Assembly: GCA_963842525.1 (NCBI GenBank)
Contig: CAWJGT010000003.1
Location: 224,001 to 288,000 of the forward strand
From: an uncultured Holophagales bacterium
GTDB lineage: Bacteria; Acidobacteriota; Thermoanaerobaculia; Multivoradales; UBA5704
Direction: 5' to 3'
Length of the DNA: 64,000 nucleotides
Both the position numbers and the translations under genes were made by a program. Below the pieces are notes generated by a model. It was not told the DNA's origin, did no database searches, and worked only from the letters and a program-made list of their open reading frames with translations. Below are positions 56,411-64,000 of the stretch, piece after piece (the first letter of the stretch is position 1; each line of letters begins with the position of its first letter).

Positions 56411-57872
56411 AGATCGCTCCAGATGCGTGGTCTCCCGCTCGCCACAGCTCTTCCAGCTCCCTTACCTCCCGCAACAGCGTCTCCCGGCAGGCCCGGAGCT
56501 CGTCGGCCACCTTTTTCCTGGTCCGCAGAAGGAGATACGCCCGCGCCTCCTGCCAGAAACGCCGGCTGGTCTCGTAGAAGAGGACGGCGATGTAGCCGGT
56601 GACCGGCCCTATTAATAAGGTCAGGGGCACCGCCCAGCCTCCCAGCCAGGGGGAGAGATACCGGGCGGCCAGCCAGGCTTCGATCCCCCAGGTCAGCGGG
56701 TAGAAGAGGACGGCTCCCAGCAGCTTGTAGGTGGCGATCTGGTCAGGGATCCGGCGGGCGATGGGTGGGGCGAGGAGATGGATGAGCTGGTAGGGGATGA
56801 AGTTGAGGACGGTGCCGACCAGCGCCAGCGGGAGATGGAACAGGAGGCGGAGGAGGGTACGGCCGGCGAAGCGGAGGACCGGGGAGAAGGGGTAGGCGGC
56901 GGCGACCTGGTCGTCCCGGAGATGGACAGCCTTGAGGAGCCGGTCGTAAGAACGGACAGCCTCTACGACGGCTTCGACTCTCTCGGGGAAGCGGCGCCTC
57001 AGGTCTTCGTAGCCCTCCAGGAAGGCCTGCTGGATCGGGAACTGCTCGGCGAGGCGGCGCCGGCCGGGGAGGTCGACCTGGGCGCGGCCGTAGAGCTCGG
57101 CGGCGCGGAGGATCAGCCGGGCCTCTTCCCAGGTGTCGTAGCTCAGGGTCACCTCTTCGAGGGCCTGCGAGACTCTCTCGGTCAGGGCTCGGACGGCTGC
57201 GACGTTGTCCGCCCGGTCGAGGGCCACCTCGGGAGCGGGATCGATCGGCTCCCCTACCTGGACGAGGGCCCTCGAACGGAAGCTCACCTTGGCGTCGAAG
57301 AGGAGGCCGATGGGGACGATGCGGACGGAGCGGCCCTCACCCCCCGGCCCCCTCTCCCATCCGCACTCCCTTCCCCCGGGAGAGGGGGAGATTGCCGGCG
57401 TGGACGCCGGCGCTCCCAGGGCAGACCTCTTCCGCTCATAGCCCAGGACGATCCTGGCGAGGCCGGTTTTCAGGGGCTGGAGGGCGGGCTCGCTGTGGCT
57501 CTTGCCTTCGGGGAAGAGGGCGACGGCTCCTCCTTCGGCCAGGACTTCGTGGCAACGGGCGAAGGTCTCCTCGTTCTGCGCGGTGTCCACTTGGTCCTGG
57601 CGGCGGTAGACGGGGATGGCTCCGGCCAGGTCGGCCCAGGGGCGGACGACCGGGTTCTTCCAGAGGGTGTGCTTGGCCAAGAGATGCGGATGGACCGGCA
57701 GCGGCCCCAGGAGGAAGAGCGGGTCGATCAGGCCGTTGACATGGTTGGCCACCAGGACCAGGGGGCGGCCGCGGGGGATGCGTTCCGCTCCGACCACCTC
57801 CACGCTGCGGAAAAAGACCCGGAGGATCAGCCGGAAGAAGGCGGAAAGGATGTCGTCACGGCGCCGCCGCAC
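56409..57872 (-). CDS. Glycerol-3-phosphate/lysophospholipid acyltransferase family protein
   Basis: ANHVNGLID (NHx4D), GAIPVYR, FPEGKSH, LKTG; C-terminal TM helices. Confidence 0.88.
   Translation of the reverse strand: MRRRRDDILSAFFRLILRVFFRSVEVVGAERIPRGRPLVLVANHVNGLIDPLFLLGPLPVHPHLLAKHTLWKNPVVRPWADLAGAIPVYRRQDQVDTAQNEETFARCHEVLAEGGAVALFPEGKSHSEPALQPLKTGLARIVLGYERKRSALGAPASTPAISPSPGGRECGWERGPGGEGRSVRIVPIGLLFDAKVSFRSRALVQVGEPIDPAPEVALDRADNVAAVRALTERVSQALEEVTLSYDTWEEARLILRAAELYGRAQVDLPGRRRLAEQFPIQQAFLEGYEDLRRRFPERVEAVVEAVRSYDRLLKAVHLRDDQVAAAYPFSPVLRFAGRTLLRLLFHLPLALVGTVLNFIPYQLIHLLAPPIARRIPDQIATYKLLGAVLFYPLTWGIEAWLAARYLSPWLGGWAVPLTLLIGPVTGYIAVLFYETSRRFWQEARAYLLLRTRKKVADELRACRETLLREVRELEELWRAGDHASGAI
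57334..57388. repeat. REP-like element inserted in frame within the acyltransferase gene
   Basis: CCCTCACCCCCCGGCCCCCTCTCCCATCCGCACTCCC..GGGAGAGGGG translated as SPSPGGRECGWERGPGGEG. Confidence 0.85.
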
Positions 57873-59181
57873 CGGCCGGCTCCTCGGGGCCTTGGTCGTG
57901 CTCTCCCTGCCAGGACTCGGCCGCGGCCCGGCCGCGCCGCTCGTCGACGAAGGAGATCCCGATCAGGCCGAGGACGAAGAAGGCCGCCGTGGAGAGCATG
58001 GCGACCCTCTGCGAGCCGGCCGACGAGGAGATCAGCCCGAAGATCAGGGGGCCGATCATGTAGCCGGCCTTGCCTGCCAGGCCCCAGAACCCGAAAAACT
58101 CGGCGCTCTTTTCCGGCGGCGTGAAGAGGCCCACCAGGGCCCGCGAGGCCGATTGCAGAGACCCGATCCCCAGCCCCGCGAAGAGGCCGACTCCCCAGAA
58201 GAACGCCTTGGTCTCGGAGAAATAGGCACCGGCGCAGACCAGGATCCAGAGGACGAGGGCGATCTGGATCGTCCGCACGCCGCCGATCCGGTCCTGGACC
58301 CAGCCAAAGAGGAAGGCACCTCCCGCCGCGGAGAGCTGGAGGAAGATGAAGAGGAGGATCAGCTCGCCGGAGGTGAAGCCCAGGGTGTTGGCTGCATAGA
58401 TCCCCGCGAACGCGACGACCGAGGTGAGCCCCGCGTAGAAGAGGAGGTAGACGGCGAGGAAGCGGACGATCTCCTGAAAATGGCGGATCGACCTGGCGGT
58501 CTCGGCGAGCCGGGCAAAGCCGTCCTGCACGTACTGAAGGGCCGTCTGCGTCCCGCGCGGCGCCCGCTCTTTCAAGAAGAGGAAGGTGGGCAGGGCCGCC
58601 AACAGGAAGAAGAGAGCGGTCAGCAGCCAGGCGAGGCGCAGGTTGGGGAGGTTGGCTTCCACGTAGCCGCCGGCCAGGAGGGGCCGGACGAGGACGAGGG
58701 AGCCCAGGCCGCCGAAATAGCCGATCCCCCAGCCCAGGCCCGAGATCTTGCCGATGTTGTCCGGCGTCGAGATCTCCGGCAGGAAAGCGCCTGCCAGGTT
58801 CTCCCCGAAGGAGAAGCCCACGAAGGAGAGCACGAACATGGCGAGGGCCAGCTCCACCCGGCCAGGAGTGGCGAAGTAGAGCATCGCCGTCCCCACTACG
58901 CAGGTGGCGTAGGTGAAAAAAAGAAAAAACTTTTTCCGCCCCGAGTCGTCCGCGACCGCTCCCACGATGGGCGAGAACAGCAGGACGATCAGGTTGCCGA
59001 CGGCGAGGGCTGCTCCCCACAGGGAGTCGCCCTGGCCCGGAGGCGCCACCAGCCGGGTGAAGTAGACGCCGAACGCCGCGGTGACGATGACTGTCGTATA
59101 GCTGCTGTTGGCGAAGTCGAACATCGCCCAGCCGAAGATCTCGCGCCGTTTCGGCGGCGGGTGGGCCCTGGGTGCGGTCAT
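57856..59181 (-). CDS. MFS transporter (UMF1/ATG22-like)
   Basis: WAMFDFANSSY, GAVAD..GRKK, ISGLGWGIGYFGG, SAEFFGF. Confidence 0.9.
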   Translation of the reverse strand: MTAPRAHPPPKRREIFGWAMFDFANSSYTTVIVTAAFGVYFTRLVAPPGQGDSLWGAALAVGNLIVLLFSPIVGAVADDSGRKKFFLFFTYATCVVGTAMLYFATPGRVELALAMFVLSFVGFSFGENLAGAFLPEISTPDNIGKISGLGWGIGYFGGLGSLVLVRPLLAGGYVEANLPNLRLAWLLTALFFLLAALPTFLFLKERAPRGTQTALQYVQDGFARLAETARSIRHFQEIVRFLAVYLLFYAGLTSVVAFAGIYAANTLGFTSGELILLFIFLQLSAAGGAFLFGWVQDRIGGVRTIQIALVLWILVCAGAYFSETKAFFWGVGLFAGLGIGSLQSASRALVGLFTPPEKSAEFFGFWGLAGKAGYMIGPLIFGLISSSAGSQRVAMLSTAAFFVLGLIGISFVDERRGRAAAESWQGEHDQGPEEPAGAAAP

Positions 59182-59316
59182 GGTTGGAGGTCTTCTATCA
59201 CGGACAGGGACCGGTTGCACGGGGAGAGGCCCGCATGGGTGCCCGGGCCGCACCTTGTCTGGTGAAGAGCCAACCTGCTACCCTCAGCAGCCCGGGGAAC
59301 GTTCAGGAGACTTGTC

Positions 59317-59829
59317 ATGGCCGAGAAATCGAAGCTGGATATTGCCGCCAACATCGCTATCCTGGTGGTCTGCGCGATCGCCGCGTTCATCCTCGTCCGC
59401 AACCACTTCTTCCCGCAGCGTCCGCCGGGGGCTCCTCCGGAGATCGAGGCGGGCGAACAGTACGACGCTCTGCGCAGCGTAGTGCCTGCCGGCGCCGAGC
59501 GAGCGCTGATCGTGGCGCTCTCGCCGACGTGCCACTTCTGCACCGAGAGCATGCCTTTTTACAAGCGGCTCATCGACCAGCGCAACCAATCGGGCTCGCA
59601 GGTCAAGGTCGTCGCGGCCGTGCCCCGGCCCGAGGCCCAGGCCGAGGAGTCGCAGAAGCTCACCGAGGCCGGGGTGCAGCCCGACGCCATTGTGCCGCTG
59701 GAATTCGCGGCGGTCCGGGTCAACGGCACCCCGACCATCCTGTTGGTCGACAAGCAGGGCAAGGTCCTCGGCGTCTGGGTTGGCAAGCTGCCGGAGAAAG
59801 GCGAGAAGGACGTCCTGAAGACGCTGTAG
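59317..59829 (+). CDS. Membrane-anchored thioredoxin-like protein
   Basis: N-terminal TM, SPTCHFC (CxxC), GTPTILLVD. Confidence 0.82.
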   Translation: MAEKSKLDIAANIAILVVCAIAAFILVRNHFFPQRPPGAPPEIEAGEQYDALRSVVPAGAERALIVALSPTCHFCTESMPFYKRLIDQRNQSGSQVKVVAAVPRPEAQAEESQKLTEAGVQPDAIVPLEFAAVRVNGTPTILLVDKQGKVLGVWVGKLPEKGEKDVLKTL

Positions 59830-59830
59830 G

Positions 59831-60034
59831 CCTCACCCCCTGTCCCCCTCTCCCATCGCACTCCCTTCCCCCGGGAGAGGGGGAACGTAGTTGGTGCTCT
59901 GAGGGAATAGCTGGCAGTTTCTTCTCAGAGACTCTCCTTTTCGAGAGATCCTCGACCTCGCCTCAAAGCTCCATCTGCGTCCCCCCTCTCCCGGTCGGGG
60001 GGAGTGCGACGGGAGAGGGGGACAGGGGGTGAGG
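59831..60034. repeat. REP-like inverted pair
   Basis: Arms 59831-59885 and about 59980-60034 are near reverse complements. Confidence 0.85.
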
Positions 60035-60110
60035 ATCTTGGCACTTCTCTTGCTCTCGTTTCCCTATACTCGGGCAATGGTGCTCCGAAGACGTTAAAAA
60101 GGGAGCCGAG

Positions 60111-60614
60111 ATGCAGATCGATTCACTTCAGAAACTCTACGTGGAAGAGCTCAAGGACATCTACAGCGCGGAAAAGCAGATTCTTCAAGCCCTTCCCAAG
60201 ATGGCGAAGAAGGCCTCCAACGAGCAGCTCCGTACAGCATTCCAGGAGCATCTCGAGCAGACGCGGGGCCAGGTCGAACGCCTCGACCGGATCTTCGAGC
60301 GGCTCGGCAAGAGCCCACGGGGCAAGAAGTGCAAGGGCATGGAGGGGCTCATCGAGGAGGGCAAGGAGGTCCTCGAGGAGGACATGGAGGACGAGGTGCG
60401 GGACGCCGCCCTGATCGCCGCCGCACAGAGGGTCGAGCACTACGAGATCGCCGCCTACGGCACCGTCCGCACCTATGCGGAGCTGCTGGGTGAGAAGGGG
60501 GACGCGAAGCTCCTCCAGCAGACGCTCGACGAGGAAGGCACTACGGACAAGAAGCTCAGCCAGCTCGCCGAGAGCACGGTCAACCTCGAGGCGCTGGAGC
60601 CTGTTGGAGCCTGA
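60111..60614 (+). CDS. yciF: Ferritin-like DUF892 stress protein
   Basis: ELKDIYSAEKQ, CKGMEGLIEEG, AQRVEHYEIAAYGT, TLDEE..TDKKL. Confidence 0.9.
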   Translation: MQIDSLQKLYVEELKDIYSAEKQILQALPKMAKKASNEQLRTAFQEHLEQTRGQVERLDRIFERLGKSPRGKKCKGMEGLIEEGKEVLEEDMEDEVRDAALIAAAQRVEHYEIAAYGTVRTYAELLGEKGDAKLLQQTLDEEGTTDKKLSQLAESTVNLEALEPVGA

Positions 60615-60676
60615 CCGGCGAGATTCCTGCATATTGTTGACGGATCGAAGGTGGAGGGCGAGGAGAGACCGATCCG

Positions 60677-61564
60677 GTGACCGGAAAGAGCTCGTCGAGG
60701 GGGAGGCGGAAGGATCTGCGGCGCTCGGTGCGCGAGTATGCGCGTGGCGTGATCGGGGGCCTCATCTTCAGCCTCCCGCTCCTCTACACCATGGAAGTCT
60801 GGTGGGCCGGGTTCATCGCCCGGCCCTTGCATCTTCTCGCCTATTTCGCGGTCGGTTTCCTCCTTCTCTTCGGGTACAACCGATATGCCGGGCTCCACCG
60901 GGACGCGGGCTGGCTGGAGGTGGCTTTCGAGGCGGTCGAGGAGACGGGCCTCGGGCTGCTGGTGGCGACCGGCCTGCTCTGGCTCCTCGGGCAGATCGAC
61001 GCGACCATGACGGTGAGCGAGGTCATGGGCAAGATCGTCGTCGAGGCGGTCACGGTGGCCATCGGCGTCTCGGTCGGCTCCGCACAGCTCGGCGGTAATG
61101 GCAAGGCGGGCAAGACGGGCAAGGGGGATCAGGGGATGAAAGGGGGCGGGGAGAAGAACGAGCCTCCCCTCGGGCTGTCGGGGCACCTGGCGCTCTCGGC
61201 GTGCGGTGCGGTGCTGTTCGCCAGCAATGTGGCTCCGACCGAGGAGATCATCCAGATCGCCGTCGAGGCCTCGCGCTGGAAAGTGGTCGGGCTCGCCCTC
61301 CTCTCCCTGGCTTTGGCGGCGGTGATCCTCTTCTACAGCGACTTCCATGGCTCGGAATCGGCGCGCTCGCCCGAGGACGGACCGGGCGTCGTCGCCCTCC
61401 GGGTCTCGGTCAACTATGCGATGGCTCTGGCGGTCTCGGCCTTCATCCTCTGGTTCTTCGGCCGGTTCGACGGCGCCTCCCTGGGGATCGGCGTCTCCCT
61501 GACCGTGGTGCTGGGGGTTGCCGCGTCGCTCGGAGCGTCCGCGGGGAGGCTCCTCCTGGAATGA
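60677..61564 (+). CDS. TIGR02587 / DUF2391 family integral membrane protein
   Basis: SLPLLYTMEVWW, NVAPTEE, ASLGASAGRLL. Confidence 0.85.
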   Translation: MTGKSSSRGRRKDLRRSVREYARGVIGGLIFSLPLLYTMEVWWAGFIARPLHLLAYFAVGFLLLFGYNRYAGLHRDAGWLEVAFEAVEETGLGLLVATGLLWLLGQIDATMTVSEVMGKIVVEAVTVAIGVSVGSAQLGGNGKAGKTGKGDQGMKGGGEKNEPPLGLSGHLALSACGAVLFASNVAPTEEIIQIAVEASRWKVVGLALLSLALAAVILFYSDFHGSESARSPEDGPGVVALRVSVNYAMALAVSAFILWFFGRFDGASLGIGVSLTVVLGVAASLGASAGRLLLE

Positions 61565-61944
61565 GCAGGCTCGAAAAGAACCCGCTGGAATGGACCGTCT
61601 TCACGTTCGGCCTTCTCGCCGTGCTCGCCACGGTCGGATTTCTGGTCTACGACGCGGCGACGGTCGACGATGCACCGCCGGACCTGCGGGTCGAGATCGG
61701 CCAACCCCTCCGCCGCTCCGGGGCTTTCGCGGTGCCGGTCACGGTGCACAATCGCGGCAGCGAGACGGCCGAAGGGGTCAGCGTGGAGGTCGTGCTCCAG
61801 GTGCCGGGAAGCCCGCCGGAGACCGCCGGCTTCGAGGTCTCCTTCGTCCCTCGCCAGTCCAGGCGCGAAGGGTGGGTCACCTTCCGCCAGGACCCCCGCC
61901 TGGGCCGGCTGACCGGCCGCGCGGCCGGCTACGAAACCCCCTGA
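61561..61944 (+). CDS. TIGR02588 family protein
   Basis: ATGA-coupled; KNPLEW, VHNRGSETAEGVSVEV, F.QDPR, GYETP. Confidence 0.8.
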   Translation: MSRLEKNPLEWTVFTFGLLAVLATVGFLVYDAATVDDAPPDLRVEIGQPLRRSGAFAVPVTVHNRGSETAEGVSVEVVLQVPGSPPETAGFEVSFVPRQSRREGWVTFRQDPRLGRLTGRAAGYETP

Positions 61945-61995
61945 CCGAGGTGTGATAGGGTCTGGCGCTTGCGCCGAGAGTGAAGGAGCGTACGT

Positions 61996-63915
61996 TTGGA
62001 AACGTCATCCGTCGTCAGCGGGCCGGCTTCTTCCCACAACGATCAAGACGACGACAGCGGTCTTCGGCCCCTGGCCGGGCTGGCCCTCGGCGCCCTGGGA
62101 GTGGTCTACGGCGACATCGGCACGAGCCCGCTCTATGCCCTGCGCGAGTGCTTCCACGGCTCGCATGCGGTGCCGCCGACGCCCGTCAACGTGCTCGGCG
62201 TCCTGTCCCTGATCTTCTGGTCGCTGATCATCGTCATCTCGATCAAATACCTGGTCTTCGTCATGCGCGCCGACAACCGGGGCGAGGGAGGCATCCTGGC
62301 GCTCCTGGCCCTGATCCGGACGGAACGGGGCCGCCGCGGGATCCTGATCGCTCTGGGGCTCTTCGGCGCCTCCCTGCTCTACGGGGATGGCATGATCTCT
62401 CCCGCGATGGCCGTGATCAGCGCGGTCGAGGGCCTGGGCGTGGCGACCTCGTTCTTCGATCCATACATCGTCCCGATCACGATCGTCATCCTGATCGGGC
62501 TGTTCATGTTGCAGCGGCGGGGCACCGGCGGAATCGGCGCCCTGTTCGGCCCGGTGATGATCGTCTGGTTCATTGTCATTGCCGCGCTGGGGATCCGCTG
62601 GATCGTCCAGGAGCCCGGGGTGCTCGCTGCGATCAATCCTTGGTACGCCGTGGTTTTCTTCGCACGGAACGGCGTCAAGGGATTCCTGGTGCTCGGCTCC
62701 GTGTTCCTCGTCGTCACCGGCGGCGAGTCGCTCTACGCGGACATGGGGCATTTCGGGCGGATCCCGATCCGGCTCGCCTGGTTCAGCCTGGTGCTCCCCG
62801 CCTTGTTGCTCAATTATTTCGGGCAGGGCGCGCTGCTGCTGCGCGAGCCCGGCGCCGCCGAGCACGTCTTCTACCGGCTGGTGCCGCAGTCTCCCTGGCT
62901 GCTCTACCCGCTGGTCGCCCTGGCCATGGTCGCGACGGTGATCGCTTCGCAGGCGGTCATCGCGGGCGCCTTCTCGCTCACCCGCCAGGCTGTCCAGCTC
63001 GGCTACACCCCGCGCGTCGAGATCGTCCATACCTCGGAAGAGGAGATCGGGCAGATCTACATCCCGTCCATCAACTGGATCCTGATGTTGTCCACGATCG
63101 GCCTGGTGCTCGGGTTCCAGAAATCGACCAACCTGGCCGCCGCCTATGGGGTCGCCGTCACCACCACCATGGTGATCACCACGTTCCTGGCCTACGTCGT
63201 AGCCCGCGAGCTGTGGGGATGGGGCCGGATCTCGGCCGTGCTGCTGATGGGGGCCTTCCTGGTGATCGACCTCGCGTTCTTCAGCGCGAACATCGTGAAG
63301 GTCCCTGACGGCGGCTGGTTCCCGCTGGTGATCGCCAGCCTCGTCTATTTGTTGATGACCACCTGGAAGCAGGGCCGCAGGCTTCTCGCCGAGCGCACCG
63401 GCGAAGGCGCCCTGCCGCTCGAGGAGTTCGTGCGCCAGGTCCAGCCGGGCTCCCCGATCCGCGTACCGGGCACCGCGGTCTTCCTGACCACCAATCCACA
63501 GGGGACGCCCACCACCCTGCTCCACAACCTCAAGCACAACAAGGTCCTGCACGAGCAGGTGGTGTCGATGACGGTGGTGACCGAGGAGGTGCCGAGCGTG
63601 CCGCAGCGCAACCGGGTGGACATCGAGCCGCTGGAGAAGGGGTTCTACCGGGTGATCGCCCACTACGGCTTCACGCAGGACCCCTGGGCGGCCCAGGTGG
63701 TCGAGGCGTTGCGGGACAAAGGCCTGATCCTCGACCCCATGCGAACGACGTACTTCCTCGGCCGCGAGACGCTGATCCCGGTCCGGGGCGGCGGCATGAT
63801 GACCTGGCGCAAGAGGCTTTTCGTCGTGATGGCAAGGAATGCGGTCCGCTTCACCGACTTCTTCCGCATCCCGGTCAACCGGGTGGTCGAGCTCGGGATG
63901 CAGATCCGGCTGTAG
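61996..63915 (+). CDS. kup: KUP/HAK/KT potassium transporter
   Basis: GVVYGDIGTSPLYA, ADNRGEGG, TGGESLYADMGHFG, GQIYIP, HNLKHNKVLHE. Confidence 0.96.
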   Translation: METSSVVSGPASSHNDQDDDSGLRPLAGLALGALGVVYGDIGTSPLYALRECFHGSHAVPPTPVNVLGVLSLIFWSLIIVISIKYLVFVMRADNRGEGGILALLALIRTERGRRGILIALGLFGASLLYGDGMISPAMAVISAVEGLGVATSFFDPYIVPITIVILIGLFMLQRRGTGGIGALFGPVMIVWFIVIAALGIRWIVQEPGVLAAINPWYAVVFFARNGVKGFLVLGSVFLVVTGGESLYADMGHFGRIPIRLAWFSLVLPALLLNYFGQGALLLREPGAAEHVFYRLVPQSPWLLYPLVALAMVATVIASQAVIAGAFSLTRQAVQLGYTPRVEIVHTSEEEIGQIYIPSINWILMLSTIGLVLGFQKSTNLAAAYGVAVTTTMVITTFLAYVVARELWGWGRISAVLLMGAFLVIDLAFFSANIVKVPDGGWFPLVIASLVYLLMTTWKQGRRLLAERTGEGALPLEEFVRQVQPGSPIRVPGTAVFLTTNPQGTPTTLLHNLKHNKVLHEQVVSMTVVTEEVPSVPQRNRVDIEPLEKGFYRVIAHYGFTQDPWAAQVVEALRDKGLILDPMRTTYFLGRETLIPVRGGGMMTWRKRLFVVMARNAVRFTDFFRIPVNRVVELGMQIRL

Positions 63916-63916
63916 A

Positions 63917-63972
63917 CCCTCACCCCCTGGCCCCCTCTCCCATCCGCACTCACGCCCGCCCGGGAGAGGGGG
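63917..63972. repeat. REP-like palindromic element after kup
   Basis: CCCTCACCCCCTGGCCCCCTCTCCCATCCGCAC..GGGAGAGGGG. Confidence 0.8.
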
Positions 63973-64000
63973 AATGGATCAAACGGGATCAGACTCCCGG

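Overview
GC-rich bacterial DNA. The gene repertoire (acidobacterial-type VWA proteins, kinase-TolB proteins, CHAT/ECF modules) suggests Acidobacteriota, probably Thermoanaerobaculia-like; this is inference. Many single-base frameshifts sit in homopolymers and look like long-read assembly errors. The main finding is a 14.6-kb co-oriented locus (7956-22606). Three receptor-like Ser/Thr kinase/TolB beta-propeller genes alternate one-to-one with three small Cys/Ser/Thr peptide genes. The peptides share an N-terminal MxFxx(K/R)DL leader and a C-terminal LxxL(K/R)xxLxxA(L/V) follower helix; one carries seven FCGTASAG core repeats. Next come a stand-alone HopA1/OspF-like phospho-lyase and a kinase-LanC cyclase, so this looks like a split lanthipeptide synthetase coupled to candidate peptide receptors. 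A second notable block (27029-41206) joins an ECF sigma/anti-sigma pair, a TPR-CHAT protease, a small ORF, a metacaspase and a CHAT-NACHT-pentapeptide protein, which resembles an immune or protease-cascade system. A further ECF/anti-sigma/CHAT module flanks a lower-GC island with a vanadium haloperoxidase and a trypsin-like protease. The rest is ordinary genes (GGDEF, DASS, BlaI/BlaR1-like, acyltransferase, MFS, YciF, Kup), REP-like palindromes, 21-nt-period arrays and duplicated gene ends. No rRNA, tRNA or CRISPR array was recognised.
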